Assembly: GCF_001457595.1 (NCBI RefSeq)
Contig: NZ_LN831039.1
Coordinates: 4,530,001-4,562,000, forward strand
DNA: 32,000 nt
Source: Mycolicibacterium smegmatis
GTDB lineage: Bacteria > Actinomycetota > Actinomycetes > Mycobacteriales > Mycobacteriaceae
Reading direction: 5' to 3'
Position 1 is the first letter of the stretch. Each line of letters begins with the position of its first letter. The notes beneath the pieces are model-generated. The model saw only the letters and a program-made list of their open reading frames with translations. It ran no database searches and was not told the origin of the DNA. The position numbers and the translations under genes are program-made. Positions 18,052-26,760 of this stretch are shown one piece after another.

Positions 18052-18156
18052 GTGAGCAAATGTGTGGGTGCGGGATTGCTGAGCGGGATCGAGGCGTTGG
18101 TGAAGGGTTCGCTCGCGCGTGCCGCCGTCGCGGTTGCCGACGCCCAACCGCTTTAA
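18052..18156 (+). CDS. Possible 34-aa leader ORF upstream of the sugar ABC permease gene
   Basis: GTG-initiated VSKCVGAGLLSGIEALVKGSLARAAVAVADAQPL, ending 7 bp before the permease ATG. No strong Shine-Dalgarno evidence. Confidence 0.25.
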   Translation: MSKCVGAGLLSGIEALVKGSLARAAVAVADAQPL

Positions 18157-18163
18157 TGAGCCG

Positions 18164-19036
18164 ATGGCCACCCCGCGTGTCCGGACGACCGCCCTGGCGT
18201 ACGCGCTCGTCGCACCCAGCCTGTTCGGCGTCGTCGCCTTCCTGCTGCTGCCCATGCTGGTGGTGGTGTGGCTGAGCCTGCACCGCTGGGATCTGCTGGG
18301 GCCGATCGAGTTTGTGGGCCTGGCCAACTGGACCTCGGTGCTCACCGACGCGGCCTTCGGCAAGTCCCTGGTGGTCACGCTGCTGTTCATGGTCCTGGTG
18401 GTGCCGACGCAGACGGTGCTGGGCCTCGTCGCGGCGACCATGCTGGCGCGCGGCCTGCCCGGCACCGGGTTCTTCCGCACGGTCTACGTGCTGCCGTGGA
18501 TCTGCGCGCCGCTGGCGATCGCGGTGCTGTGGCGCTGGATCCTCGCCCCGACCGACGGCGCGCTCAGCACAGTGCTGGGCACCCGCATCGAGTGGCTCAC
18601 CGATCCTTCCCTGGCGTTACCGGTCGTCTCGGCCGTGGTGGTGTGGACCAACGTCGGCTACGTGACGCTGTTCTTCCTGGCCGGCATCCTCAACATCCCC
18701 GCGGACCTGCACAACGCGGCACGCACCGACGGCGCCGACGCGTGGCAGCGGTTCCGCCACATCACCCTGCCCATGCTGCGACCGACCATGTTCTTCGTGC
18801 TGGTCACCGGGATCGTCAGCGCCGCACAGGTATTCGACACGGTGTACGCGCTCACCGCAGGCGGGCCGCAGGGCCGCACCGACCTGATCGCGCACCGCAT
18901 CTACGTCGAGGCGTTCGGCGCCGCGGCCGTGGGACGCGCCGCGGTCATGGCGTTGGTGCTGTTCGTGCTGCTGGTCGGCGTCACGGTCGTCCAGCATCTC
19001 TACTTCCGCCGCAGGATCAGCTATGACCTCACCTGA
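18164..19036 (+). CDS. uspA: Sugar ABC transporter permease, UspA-like
   Basis: MalF-type permease with the EAA-like loop NAARTDGADAWQRFRHITLPMLRPT. Gene order next to TldE/TldD matches the remembered M. tuberculosis Rv2314c-Rv2318 locus. Confidence 0.82.
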   Translation: MATPRVRTTALAYALVAPSLFGVVAFLLLPMLVVVWLSLHRWDLLGPIEFVGLANWTSVLTDAAFGKSLVVTLLFMVLVVPTQTVLGLVAATMLARGLPGTGFFRTVYVLPWICAPLAIAVLWRWILAPTDGALSTVLGTRIEWLTDPSLALPVVSAVVVWTNVGYVTLFFLAGILNIPADLHNAARTDGADAWQRFRHITLPMLRPTMFFVLVTGIVSAAQVFDTVYALTAGGPQGRTDLIAHRIYVEAFGAAAVGRAAVMALVLFVLLVGVTVVQHLYFRRRISYDLT

Positions 19037-19850
19037 GCGCGTGGCGTCCAACGCCGTGATCTACGCGGGCCTGCTGCTGGGCGCGGTGATCACGCTGCTG
19101 CCGTTCGGCCTGGGCCTGCTCACGTCGTTCACGTCGGCGCAGCAGTTCGTCACCGAATCGCCGCTCTCGCTGCCCCGGCCGCCGACACTGGCCAACTACC
19201 TCGGCTTGGCCGACGCCGGGTTCGGCCGCGCGATCGCGGTCACGGCGCTGATGACCGCGGTGATCCTGCTGGGACAACTGGTGTTCTCGGTGCTCGCCGC
19301 GTATGCGTTTGCCCGCCTGGAGTTCCCGGGCCGCGACGTGTTGTTCTGGGTGTACCTCGCGACGCTGATGGTGCCCGCGACCGTGACCGTGGTGCCGCTG
19401 TATCTGATCATGGCCGAGGCGGGCCTGCGGAACACGTTCTGGGCGTTGGTGCTGCCGTTCGTGTTCGGCTCGCCGTACGCGATCTTCCTGCTGCGCGAGT
19501 ATTTTCGCGGGATCCCCGGCGACCTGATCAACGCGGCCCGCCTCGACGGGGCCAACACCCTCGACATCATCACGCACGTCGTGGTCCCCGCCAGTCGGCC
19601 GATCCTGGTGACGCTCGCGATGATCACGGTGGTGAGCCAGTGGAACAACTTCCTGTGGCCCCTGGTGATCAGCAGCGGTGACACGTGGCGTGTGCTGACG
19701 GTGGCGACCGCGGGCCTGCAGACGCAGTACAACGCGCAGTGGACGCTGGTTATGGCGGCGACGACCGTGGCGATCGTTCCGCTGATCGTGGTGTTCGCGA
19801 CGCTGTCGCGCCATATCGTCCGCTCGATCGTGGTGACGGGGATCAAATGA
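19023..19850 (+). CDS. uspB: Sugar ABC transporter permease, UspB-like
   Basis: MalG-type permease with INAARLDGANTLDIITHVVVPASRPILVTLAMITVVSQWNNFLWPLV. Overlaps the previous gene by 14 bp. Confidence 0.83.
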   Translation: MTSPERVASNAVIYAGLLLGAVITLLPFGLGLLTSFTSAQQFVTESPLSLPRPPTLANYLGLADAGFGRAIAVTALMTAVILLGQLVFSVLAAYAFARLEFPGRDVLFWVYLATLMVPATVTVVPLYLIMAEAGLRNTFWALVLPFVFGSPYAIFLLREYFRGIPGDLINAARLDGANTLDIITHVVVPASRPILVTLAMITVVSQWNNFLWPLVISSGDTWRVLTVATAGLQTQYNAQWTLVMAATTVAIVPLIVVFATLSRHIVRSIVVTGIK

Positions 19851-19942
19851 GCACCGAGATCGACGTTTTCGTCGTCAGAGTCCGCGCGCAACGACATCTG
19901 CGTCGCTCTCGGGGCAGCTCCGGCGGCAGGGGGCGGGCATGA
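19847..19942 (+). CDS. Candidate 31-aa arginine-rich ORF linking the uspB and uspC genes
   Basis: MSTEIDVFVVRVRAQRHLRRSRGSSGGRGRA. Its ATG overlaps the uspB stop (ATGA) and its TGA overlaps the uspC ATG (ATGA). Confidence 0.4.
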   Translation: MSTEIDVFVVRVRAQRHLRRSRGSSGGRGRA

Positions 19943-21231
19943 GGCGCTCGACGCTGCTGGCCGGCGGACTCGCCGTCACGATGGCGGTGCTGCTGGTGAT
20001 CGCGATGCTCATGGGCCGCACGACCGAGCCGGCGGGCAAGACCGTGGTGACGGTACGGCTGTGGGACCCGCAGGTCGCGGCGGCCTACCGCGAATCGTTC
20101 GACGCGTTCAGCGCCGAGCATCCCGGCATCGAGGTCCGCGTCAACACCGTGGCGTACGCGAGCTACTTCGACAGCCTGCGCACCGACGTCGCCGGCGGCA
20201 GCGCCGACGACATCTTCTGGATCTCCAACGGATACTTCGCCGGATACGCCGACAACGGGCACCTGCTCGACATCGCGGATCTCCTGGGGCCCGACGCCGC
20301 CACCGCGTGGGAACCGTCCGTCGTCGAGCAGTTCACCCGCAACGGGACCCTGTGGGGCGTACCGCAACTCACCGATGCGGGCATCGCGGTGTACTACAAC
20401 GCGGAGCTGCTGGAAAAGGCCGGGGTGTCCCCCGCCGACCTCTCGACGCTGCGTTGGTCGAACGGCCCCGACGACACCCTGCGGCCGCTGCTGGCGCGCC
20501 TGACGGTGGAGGAGTCGGGCCGCACGCGGCAGTGGGGTTACAACGCCGCCAACGATCTTCAGGGCATCTACCTCAACTTCATCGGATCCGCGGGCGGCAC
20601 GTTTTCGGAAGGTGACCGGTTCACGTTCGACAACCCCCAGGCCGTCGAGGCGTTCGAATACCTGGTGCGCCTGATCAACACCGATCGCGTCGCGCCCCCG
20701 GCCTCGGACACCAACGACAACGGCGACTTCTCGCGCAACGCGTTCCTCGCCGGGCGCATGGCGCTGTTCCAGTCCGGCACGTACAACCTGGCCGCGATCG
20801 CCGATCAGGCCCCGTTCCCGTGGGGTGTGGCGATGCTGCCGATCGGGCCGAAGGGCCGCGTGAGCGTCACCAACGGCATCGCCGCGGCGGGCAATGCGGC
20901 GACCCGGCATCCCGAGGCCGTGCGGAAGGTATTGGCGTGGATGGGCAGCAGGCGCGGCAACGAGTTCGTCGGGCGGCGCGGCGCGGCGATCCCCGCGGTG
21001 CTGGCCGCGCAGCCCGTCTATCACGAGTACTGGGCGTCGCGCGGTGTGGACGTCAGCCCGTTCTTCCGGGTGCTGCAGGGCCCGCGGATCGCCGCGCCCG
21101 GCGGCGCCGGTTTCCCGGCCGGATTCGAGGCGCTCACACCGTACTTCGCGGAGATGTTCCTCGGGCGCCGCGATGTCGCGGGCACACTCGCCGAGGCGCA
21201 GAGGGCCGCCAACGCGGCGGCCTCGCGGTGA
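19939..21231 (+). CDS. uspC: Extracellular sugar-binding protein of ABC transporter, UspC-like
   Basis: N-terminal hydrophobic anchor, then VRLWDPQVAAAYRESFDAFSAEHPGIEVRVNTVAYASYFDSLRTDVAGGSADDIFW, typical of family 1 solute-binding proteins. Confidence 0.85.
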   Translation: MRRSTLLAGGLAVTMAVLLVIAMLMGRTTEPAGKTVVTVRLWDPQVAAAYRESFDAFSAEHPGIEVRVNTVAYASYFDSLRTDVAGGSADDIFWISNGYFAGYADNGHLLDIADLLGPDAATAWEPSVVEQFTRNGTLWGVPQLTDAGIAVYYNAELLEKAGVSPADLSTLRWSNGPDDTLRPLLARLTVEESGRTRQWGYNAANDLQGIYLNFIGSAGGTFSEGDRFTFDNPQAVEAFEYLVRLINTDRVAPPASDTNDNGDFSRNAFLAGRMALFQSGTYNLAAIADQAPFPWGVAMLPIGPKGRVSVTNGIAAAGNAATRHPEAVRKVLAWMGSRRGNEFVGRRGAAIPAVLAAQPVYHEYWASRGVDVSPFFRVLQGPRIAAPGGAGFPAGFEALTPYFAEMFLGRRDVAGTLAEAQRAANAAASR

Positions 21232-21244
21232 TGACGCGTGTGAA

Positions 21245-22090
21245 CTAGCTACGCCGCCGGGGCAGGCTCGTGCCCAGCACCGTCAACTCCAGGGCCAGCG
21301 CGGTGCCGCACACCACGGCGAGCACCGCGAACGCCACCCAGTCGAGTCTCCTGGGTTTCGACTCGGCGGCCGAGAACTGCCCGGTGCCACCGCGTGCGGT
21401 GATCGCATCGCCCATCTCGTCGCCGCGGCGCAGCGCGACCGTCACCGCGGCCGCGATGAGGTCGACGACGCCCGAGACCCGTTGGCGGTGCCGCGCACGG
21501 AAGGTGTCGGGCCGCTCTCTGGGCCGCAGTCGCCGCGCGGCATACAGCGTGCGGAACTCGTCGATCAGCATCGGGAACGCGCGCAGCGCCAGCGCGATCG
21601 TCACGGCCCAGTCGTGCACCGGGATCCGGAACACCCCGAGCGGGCGGCCGAGTGTGGCGACCGCGGGCGCGATGTCGGCGACGTTGGTCGTCCAGGACAC
21701 CAGCGCGCCCAGACCCAGCAGCACGATCGACAGTGCGGTGATGCGCAGGAAGTTCAACAGCCCGCCGAGCCCGATCGTCATCGAACCGACGTCGAACTCG
21801 GGGCTGCCGCCGGCGAACGTCGCGGTGAGCGCCCCGAACGCGACCAGCAGCCACATCCACCACGGAATGGTCGGCACCACACCGCGCGGGATGCGCGCCA
21901 ACCGGGCCACGACAAGCACGAGAACAGCGGTGAAACCGATGGGCACCCAGCCGGGATAGAACGTCAGCATGATGCCGATCACGGCGACCGACAGCAGTTT
22001 GGTACCCGCCCACAGTTGATGGATGACGCTGTCGCCGGGAACCGGGCGCAGCAGGACCACCGGCTTACGCTGGCCGCCGGGCGCGCTCAT
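21245..22090 (-). CDS. Energy-coupling factor (ECF) transporter transmembrane protein, EcfT/CbiQ-like
   Basis: Contains [31 protein letters not shown] and [27 protein letters not shown], typical of EcfT proteins. Start overlaps the upstream gene (ATGA). Confidence 0.83.
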   Translation of the reverse strand: MSAPGGQRKPVVLLRPVPGDSVIHQLWAGTKLLSVAVIGIMLTFYPGWVPIGFTAVLVLVVARLARIPRGVVPTIPWWMWLLVAFGALTATFAGGSPEFDVGSMTIGLGGLLNFLRITALSIVLLGLGALVSWTTNVADIAPAVATLGRPLGVFRIPVHDWAVTIALALRAFPMLIDEFRTLYAARRLRPRERPDTFRARHRQRVSGVVDLIAAAVTVALRRGDEMGDAITARGGTGQFSAAESKPRRLDWVAFAVLAVVCGTALALELTVLGTSLPRRRS

Positions 22091-24126
22091 CGGGCGTCTC
22101 CTGCCGTCGTCGGCGCGGTGGCGAGTTGCCCGTCGCGCAGGTGCAGAGTGCGCGGGCACAGCCCTTCGAGCCCCGTGAAGTCGTGCGAGATGACCACGAC
22201 GGTCATGCCGTTGTTGCGACGCAGATCCTCCAGCAGCCGCAACAACCCGCGCGCGCTGGCCGCGTCGAGGCCGGCAAGCGGCTCGTCGAGGATGAGCGCG
22301 CGCGGTGAGCGGGCCAGCAGGCCGGCGAGCACCACGCGGCGCATCTGACCGCCGGAGAGCTGATCGATACGGCGCTCCCCCAGCGTCGGGTCCAGGCCCA
22401 CCGTCGCCAGCGCGGCGTTCACACGGTCACGGTCCTTGGCCGAGAACCCGGCCGCCGAGGCGATCTCACGCGCGACGCTGCTGCGCATCAACTGCAGCCG
22501 CGCGGCCTGGAACGACAACGCCACCGCGCCGACCTGTTCGGACACCGGCGCGCCGTCGAGCAGGCACGCGCCGTAGGTCGGCACCGTCAGGCCCGCCATG
22601 ATCCACGCCAGCGTGGACTTGCCGGACCCGTTGAGGCCGTGGATGAGCACGCCGTCACCTTCGTTGACGGTAAACGTGACATCGCGCAACGCGGTTTTCG
22701 CCCATGGGGTTCCGTTGGCGTACTCGTGGCCGACGCCGGTCAGCTCGAGCACGGGCACCCCGGGTTCGTGGCCGGCCATGGACCCGGTGTGCACCGACGA
22801 GGTCTCGACCATGTCGGTGCTGTCGGCCGCACCGCCGTCGCCGTCGAGCGCCACGGTGCGGTCTGCGATCTCGGCCTCGCTGTTGTAGTGCGTGATGTGC
22901 ACCAGCGACATGCGGTGGCGTTTGGTCAGCCCGGACACCACGTTCATGAGCGTCTCGCGACCCTGCTGGTCGACCATGCTGGTGATCTCGTCGGCGATCA
23001 ACATCGAGGGTTCGCGTGCCAGCGCGGCCGCGACCGCGAGGCGTTGCAGTTCCCCTCCTGACAGTCCGCCCGTGTCGCGTTCGGCCATACCGTCGAGGCC
23101 CACCTCGGACAGCAGCCGGTCGACGTCGGTGGCGGTTCCGGGCGGCAGGCCCCACACGACGTCGTCGGCCACGCGGGTGCCCAGCACCTGGCTCTCGGGG
23201 TGCTGCATGACCACCGCGGTGCCGCCCATGCGGCCCAGGCCGACCGCACCCGCGCGCTCGACCGAACCCGAGGTCGGTTCGCGGCCGGCGAGCACGAGCA
23301 TCAGCGTGGTCTTGCCCGATCCGTTGGGCCCGGTGACCGCGACGTGCTCGCCCACCCGCAGATCCATCGTCACGGGCCCGAGCGCGTCGTGGTCGGCGCC
23401 GGGATAGCGGAAGCGCACGTCGGTCAGCTGTGCGGGTACCGGTCCGATCGGGCCGTGCTCGGGCGGGCTGTCGAGTTTGTGGACATCGGGCACGCCGAGC
23501 AGCCGGCCCAGCACGCGCGACAGCGCCCACCAGCCGACCATCGTGACCATCGTGATGCTGGAGATGCCCATGAGCAGCATCAGCACGGGCCAGTAGTGCA
23601 ACAGCGTCGCGAACATGGTCTTGAGCGGTTCGGCGGCGCCTTCGAGCACGGGGACGCGCGCGAACACGGCGGCCAGGCCGTCGATGTTGGCGGTCAGGGT
23701 GTCGAACATGAGGTTGCGCAGCCGCGACAACACCAGCAGCGCGACGACGATCATGGCGCCGAACAGCGCGCCTGCCACGATCGCGGCGGCGAACACCGTG
23801 GGCGTACCCCGGCCGCGGCGTTTGACGATGCCGGTCAGGCCGCCGATGTAGGCGCAGTTGAACACCGTCATCATGCCGCCGAGCCCCGCGATGAGGAACG
23901 CGATGACCCCGGCCGCGACGGTTGCCGCGAGCAGCACGCGCAACCGGTACCGGTAGGCCAACAGGCCCATCGGTACCGTCCCCAGCACCGACAGACCCGC
24001 GGCGAAGGGCACGACGACCGCGATGATCGCGGTGGCCGCACACAGCGCGGCCATCACCGAAGCCTGCGCGAGTTCGCCGGGGGTCAGTCCGCGTCGAGGC
24101 GCTCTGGCCGGTCGGTTCGCGGTCAT
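22087..24126 (-). CDS. Fused ECF-type ABC transporter: N-terminal membrane domain plus two ATPase domains
   Basis: N-terminal TM region ([24 protein letters not shown]...), then two ABC domains with Walker A GPNGSGKT and GLNGSGKST and signatures SGGELQR and [11 protein letters not shown] at 24126 is preferred. Confidence 0.88.
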   Translation of the reverse strand: MTANRPARAPRRGLTPGELAQASVMAALCAATAIIAVVVPFAAGLSVLGTVPMGLLAYRYRLRVLLAATVAAGVIAFLIAGLGGMMTVFNCAYIGGLTGIVKRRGRGTPTVFAAAIVAGALFGAMIVVALLVLSRLRNLMFDTLTANIDGLAAVFARVPVLEGAAEPLKTMFATLLHYWPVLMLLMGISSITMVTMVGWWALSRVLGRLLGVPDVHKLDSPPEHGPIGPVPAQLTDVRFRYPGADHDALGPVTMDLRVGEHVAVTGPNGSGKTTLMLVLAGREPTSGSVERAGAVGLGRMGGTAVVMQHPESQVLGTRVADDVVWGLPPGTATDVDRLLSEVGLDGMAERDTGGLSGGELQRLAVAAALAREPSMLIADEITSMVDQQGRETLMNVVSGLTKRHRMSLVHITHYNSEAEIADRTVALDGDGGAADSTDMVETSSVHTGSMAGHEPGVPVLELTGVGHEYANGTPWAKTALRDVTFTVNEGDGVLIHGLNGSGKSTLAWIMAGLTVPTYGACLLDGAPVSEQVGAVALSFQAARLQLMRSSVAREIASAAGFSAKDRDRVNAALATVGLDPTLGERRIDQLSGGQMRRVVLAGLLARSPRALILDEPLAGLDAASARGLLRLLEDLRRNNGMTVVVISHDFTGLEGLCPRTLHLRDGQLATAPTTAGDAR

Positions 24127-24196
24127 TTCTCGATTCTGCCAGCCAAGCTGTGAGGTCCCCCTTTGCCCGTGTGTGACGGGCCCCACGAAACTTGGA

Positions 24197-24217
24197 TTGC
24201 ATAGTAAACCTATGTAA
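24197..24217. promoter_or_regulatory. Probable MarR operator: TTGCATAG-TAAAC-CTATGTAA
   Basis: Inverted repeat with 7 of 8 arm pairs matching, ending 9 bp before the MarR ATG, in the divergent region with the fused ABC gene. Confidence 0.75.
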
Positions 24218-24226
24218 GGTGGTGGC

Positions 24227-24706
24227 ATGTCAGCGCCAAGCGTCGAGAATGTCCCGGTGACCTACGAAACCGAACTCGGCGCGGATCTGCTGGCAGTCGT
24301 CGCCCGCCTCAACCGGCTGGCGACGCAGCGCACGCGGCTCCCGCTGCCGTACGCGCAGGCCCGGCTGTTGTCCACCATCGAGGATCAAGGCGAAGCCCGC
24401 ATATCGGACCTCGCCCTGCTCGATCACTGTTCACAGCCGACCATGACCACGCAGGTACGCCGCCTGGAAGAAGCCGGGCTGGTGTCGCGGACCGCCGATC
24501 CAGGCGATGCCCGCGCGGTGCTCATCCGCATCACCGAAGAGGGACGCAAGACCCTCGCCCAGGCCAGGGCCGATCGCGCCGCCGCGATCAACCCACGATT
24601 GGAACGCCTCAGCGTCGAGGATCGCCAGACCCTCGTGGACGCTGTGGAAGTCATCCGCAAACTCCTGGCCGACGTCGCGGAGCACCCCCTGCCCGAAGAA
24701 AACTGA
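24227..24706 (+). CDS. MarR-family transcriptional regulator
   Basis: Winged-helix signature [63 protein letters not shown]. Confidence 0.92.
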   Translation: MSAPSVENVPVTYETELGADLLAVVARLNRLATQRTRLPLPYAQARLLSTIEDQGEARISDLALLDHCSQPTMTTQVRRLEEAGLVSRTADPGDARAVLIRITEEGRKTLAQARADRAAAINPRLERLSVEDRQTLVDAVEVIRKLLADVAEHPLPEEN

Positions 24707-24724
24707 GTTAGGAGTTCTCGCCCT

Positions 24725-25933
24725 ATGTGGCGCCAACCCAAAGCTGTTTGGGCCGTTGCCTTCGCGTCCGTCGTTGCCTTCATGGGCATCGGGCTCGTCG
24801 ACCCGATCCTCAAACCCATCGCCGACAACCTCGACGCGACACCCTCGCAGGTGTCGCTGTTGTTCACCAGCTACATGGCCGTGATGGGTGTCGCGATGCT
24901 GATCACCGGCGTGGTGTCCAGCCGCATCGGACCCAAGCGAACCCTGCTGGTCGGCCTGGTGATCATCATCGCCGGCGCCGGCCTGGCCGGCATGAGCGAC
25001 AGCGTGATGGAGATCGTGGGCTGGCGCGCGCTGTGGGGGCTGGGCAACGCCCTGTTCATCGCGACCGCGCTCGCGACCATCGTGAACTCCGCGAAAGGTT
25101 CTGTCGCACAAGCAATCATTCTCTACGAGGCGGCCCTGGGCCTCGGCATCGCGGTGGGCCCGCTGGTGGGCGGTGTGCTCGGATCGATCTCGTGGCGCGG
25201 ACCGTTCTTCGGCGTCTCGGCGCTCATGGCGCTCGCGCTCGTCGTCACCGCGTTCCTGCTGCCGGAGACCCCGCGCCCGCAGCACGCCACGAGCCTGGCC
25301 GACCCGTTCCGCGCACTGCGTCACCGCGGCCTGTTCGGTGTCGGTCTGACCGCACTGCTGTACAACTTCGGCTTCTTCACGCTGCTGGCGTTCACGCCGT
25401 TCCCGCTCGACATGACCGCCCACCAGATCGGGCTGATCTTCTTCGGCTGGGGTGTCGCACTGGCGTTCACGTCAGTGGTGGTCGCGCCGCGTCTGCAGCA
25501 CCGCTTCGGAACGCTGCCCACGCTGCTGGTGAACCTCGCGGTGATGTCGGCGACGCTCGTGGTGATGGCGCTCGGCACCGACAACAAGGCCGTGCTCGCG
25601 GCGTCGGTCGTGGTGGCCGGTCTGTGGTGCGGCATCAACAACACGCTCATCACCGAGACGGTCATGAAGGCCGCGCCCGTCGAGCGCGGTGTGGCGTCGG
25701 CCGCCTACAGCTTCATGCGGTTCTGCGGCGCCGCCGTCGCGCCGTGGCTGGCCGGGGTGCTCGGCGAGGAGATCAGCGTGCACCTGCCGTACTGGGTGGG
25801 CGCGGCCGCCGTCGCCGCCGGCGCCGCTGTGCTCTTCGCGGTCCGGTCCCACCTTGCCGGTGTCGACGCCGAGGAGAGCGAACTCGACGAACTCACCGAC
25901 GAGGCGACCGCGGTGACCGTCGGCAACGACTGA
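24725..25933 (+). CDS. Major facilitator superfamily (MFS) transporter, likely efflux type
   Basis: Roughly 12 hydrophobic segments, including GIGLVDPILKPIADNLDATPSQVSLLFTSYMAVMGVAMLITGVVSSRIGPKRTLLVGL. It starts 18 bp after the MarR gene. Confidence 0.88.
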   Translation: MWRQPKAVWAVAFASVVAFMGIGLVDPILKPIADNLDATPSQVSLLFTSYMAVMGVAMLITGVVSSRIGPKRTLLVGLVIIIAGAGLAGMSDSVMEIVGWRALWGLGNALFIATALATIVNSAKGSVAQAIILYEAALGLGIAVGPLVGGVLGSISWRGPFFGVSALMALALVVTAFLLPETPRPQHATSLADPFRALRHRGLFGVGLTALLYNFGFFTLLAFTPFPLDMTAHQIGLIFFGWGVALAFTSVVVAPRLQHRFGTLPTLLVNLAVMSATLVVMALGTDNKAVLAASVVVAGLWCGINNTLITETVMKAAPVERGVASAAYSFMRFCGAAVAPWLAGVLGEEISVHLPYWVGAAAVAAGAAVLFAVRSHLAGVDAEESELDELTDEATAVTVGND

Positions 25934-25947
25934 TCTTCCCGCGCGCA

Positions 25948-26679
25948 TCAGGTGGTGACGGTGCCGATCAAGGTGCCGACGACGTAGGTCGCGGCGATCG
26001 CGACGCCGCCGAACGCCAACTGCCGCAGCGCCGCGAAGGACACGCGCTTGCGCGTGAACCGTGCCGCCACCCCGCCGGCGATCAGCAGACCCACCCCGCC
26101 GCACGCCAAGCCGCCCCACAGCGACTCGAAGCCCAGCAGGTACGGGATCAGCGGGATGATCGCGCCGACCGCGAACATCACGAACGACGACACGGCCGCG
26201 ATGACCGGCGACGGTTTCTCGCGGGGGTCGACGCCGAGCTCCTGCACCAGATGGAAGTTCAGCGCGCGCGACTCGTCGCGGTGGATCTCCTCCGTGGCCT
26301 TCTCGGCGGTGTCCGCGCTCATGCCCATCTCCATGAGCATCCCGACGAGTTCGTCGCGTTCGGCCTGCGGATGCCGCCTGAACGAGCGGCGCTCGACCTT
26401 CACCTCGGAGTCGATCTGCTCGTTGGCCGTCGTGACCGAGGTGTACTCCCCCAGCGCCATCGAGAACGCGCCGGCCAACAGGCCCGCCACACCGCTGAGC
26501 ACGACGGTTTGCGCGTTGGCGCTCGCGGCCACACCCGCGATGAGTGCGGTGTTGCTCACCAGACCGTCCATCGCGCCGAACGTCGCCGCGCGCAGCCACC
26601 CGCCCGACACGTCGGAATGCGTGTGGTCGATGTCGTGCGGCAGTCCCGACGGCGATGTGCGCGGGGATGGATCGCTCAT
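25948..26679 (-). CDS. VIT1/CCC1-family membrane protein (putative Fe/Mn transporter)
   Basis: Contains ATFGAMDGLVSNTALIAGVAAS and GLLAGAFSMALGEYTSVTTANEQ, typical of VIT1/CCC1 transporters. Confidence 0.87.
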   Translation of the reverse strand: MSDPSPRTSPSGLPHDIDHTHSDVSGGWLRAATFGAMDGLVSNTALIAGVAASANAQTVVLSGVAGLLAGAFSMALGEYTSVTTANEQIDSEVKVERRSFRRHPQAERDELVGMLMEMGMSADTAEKATEEIHRDESRALNFHLVQELGVDPREKPSPVIAAVSSFVMFAVGAIIPLIPYLLGFESLWGGLACGGVGLLIAGGVAARFTRKRVSFAALRQLAFGGVAIAATYVVGTLIGTVTT

Positions 26680-26760
26680 GACGCAGATTCAACGCCAGAC
26701 CTCGCGGACAGATCCAGTGAGGTTCACCTGCGTTTGTTCGCTGACGCGATAACGTCGGGT

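Noticed and set aside
22655-24202. A 515-aa minus-strand ORF overlapping the fused ECF gene
   Set aside because: It is a shifted frame of the same strand with repetitive RRR/AR/GR composition. The other frame has complete ABC motifs.
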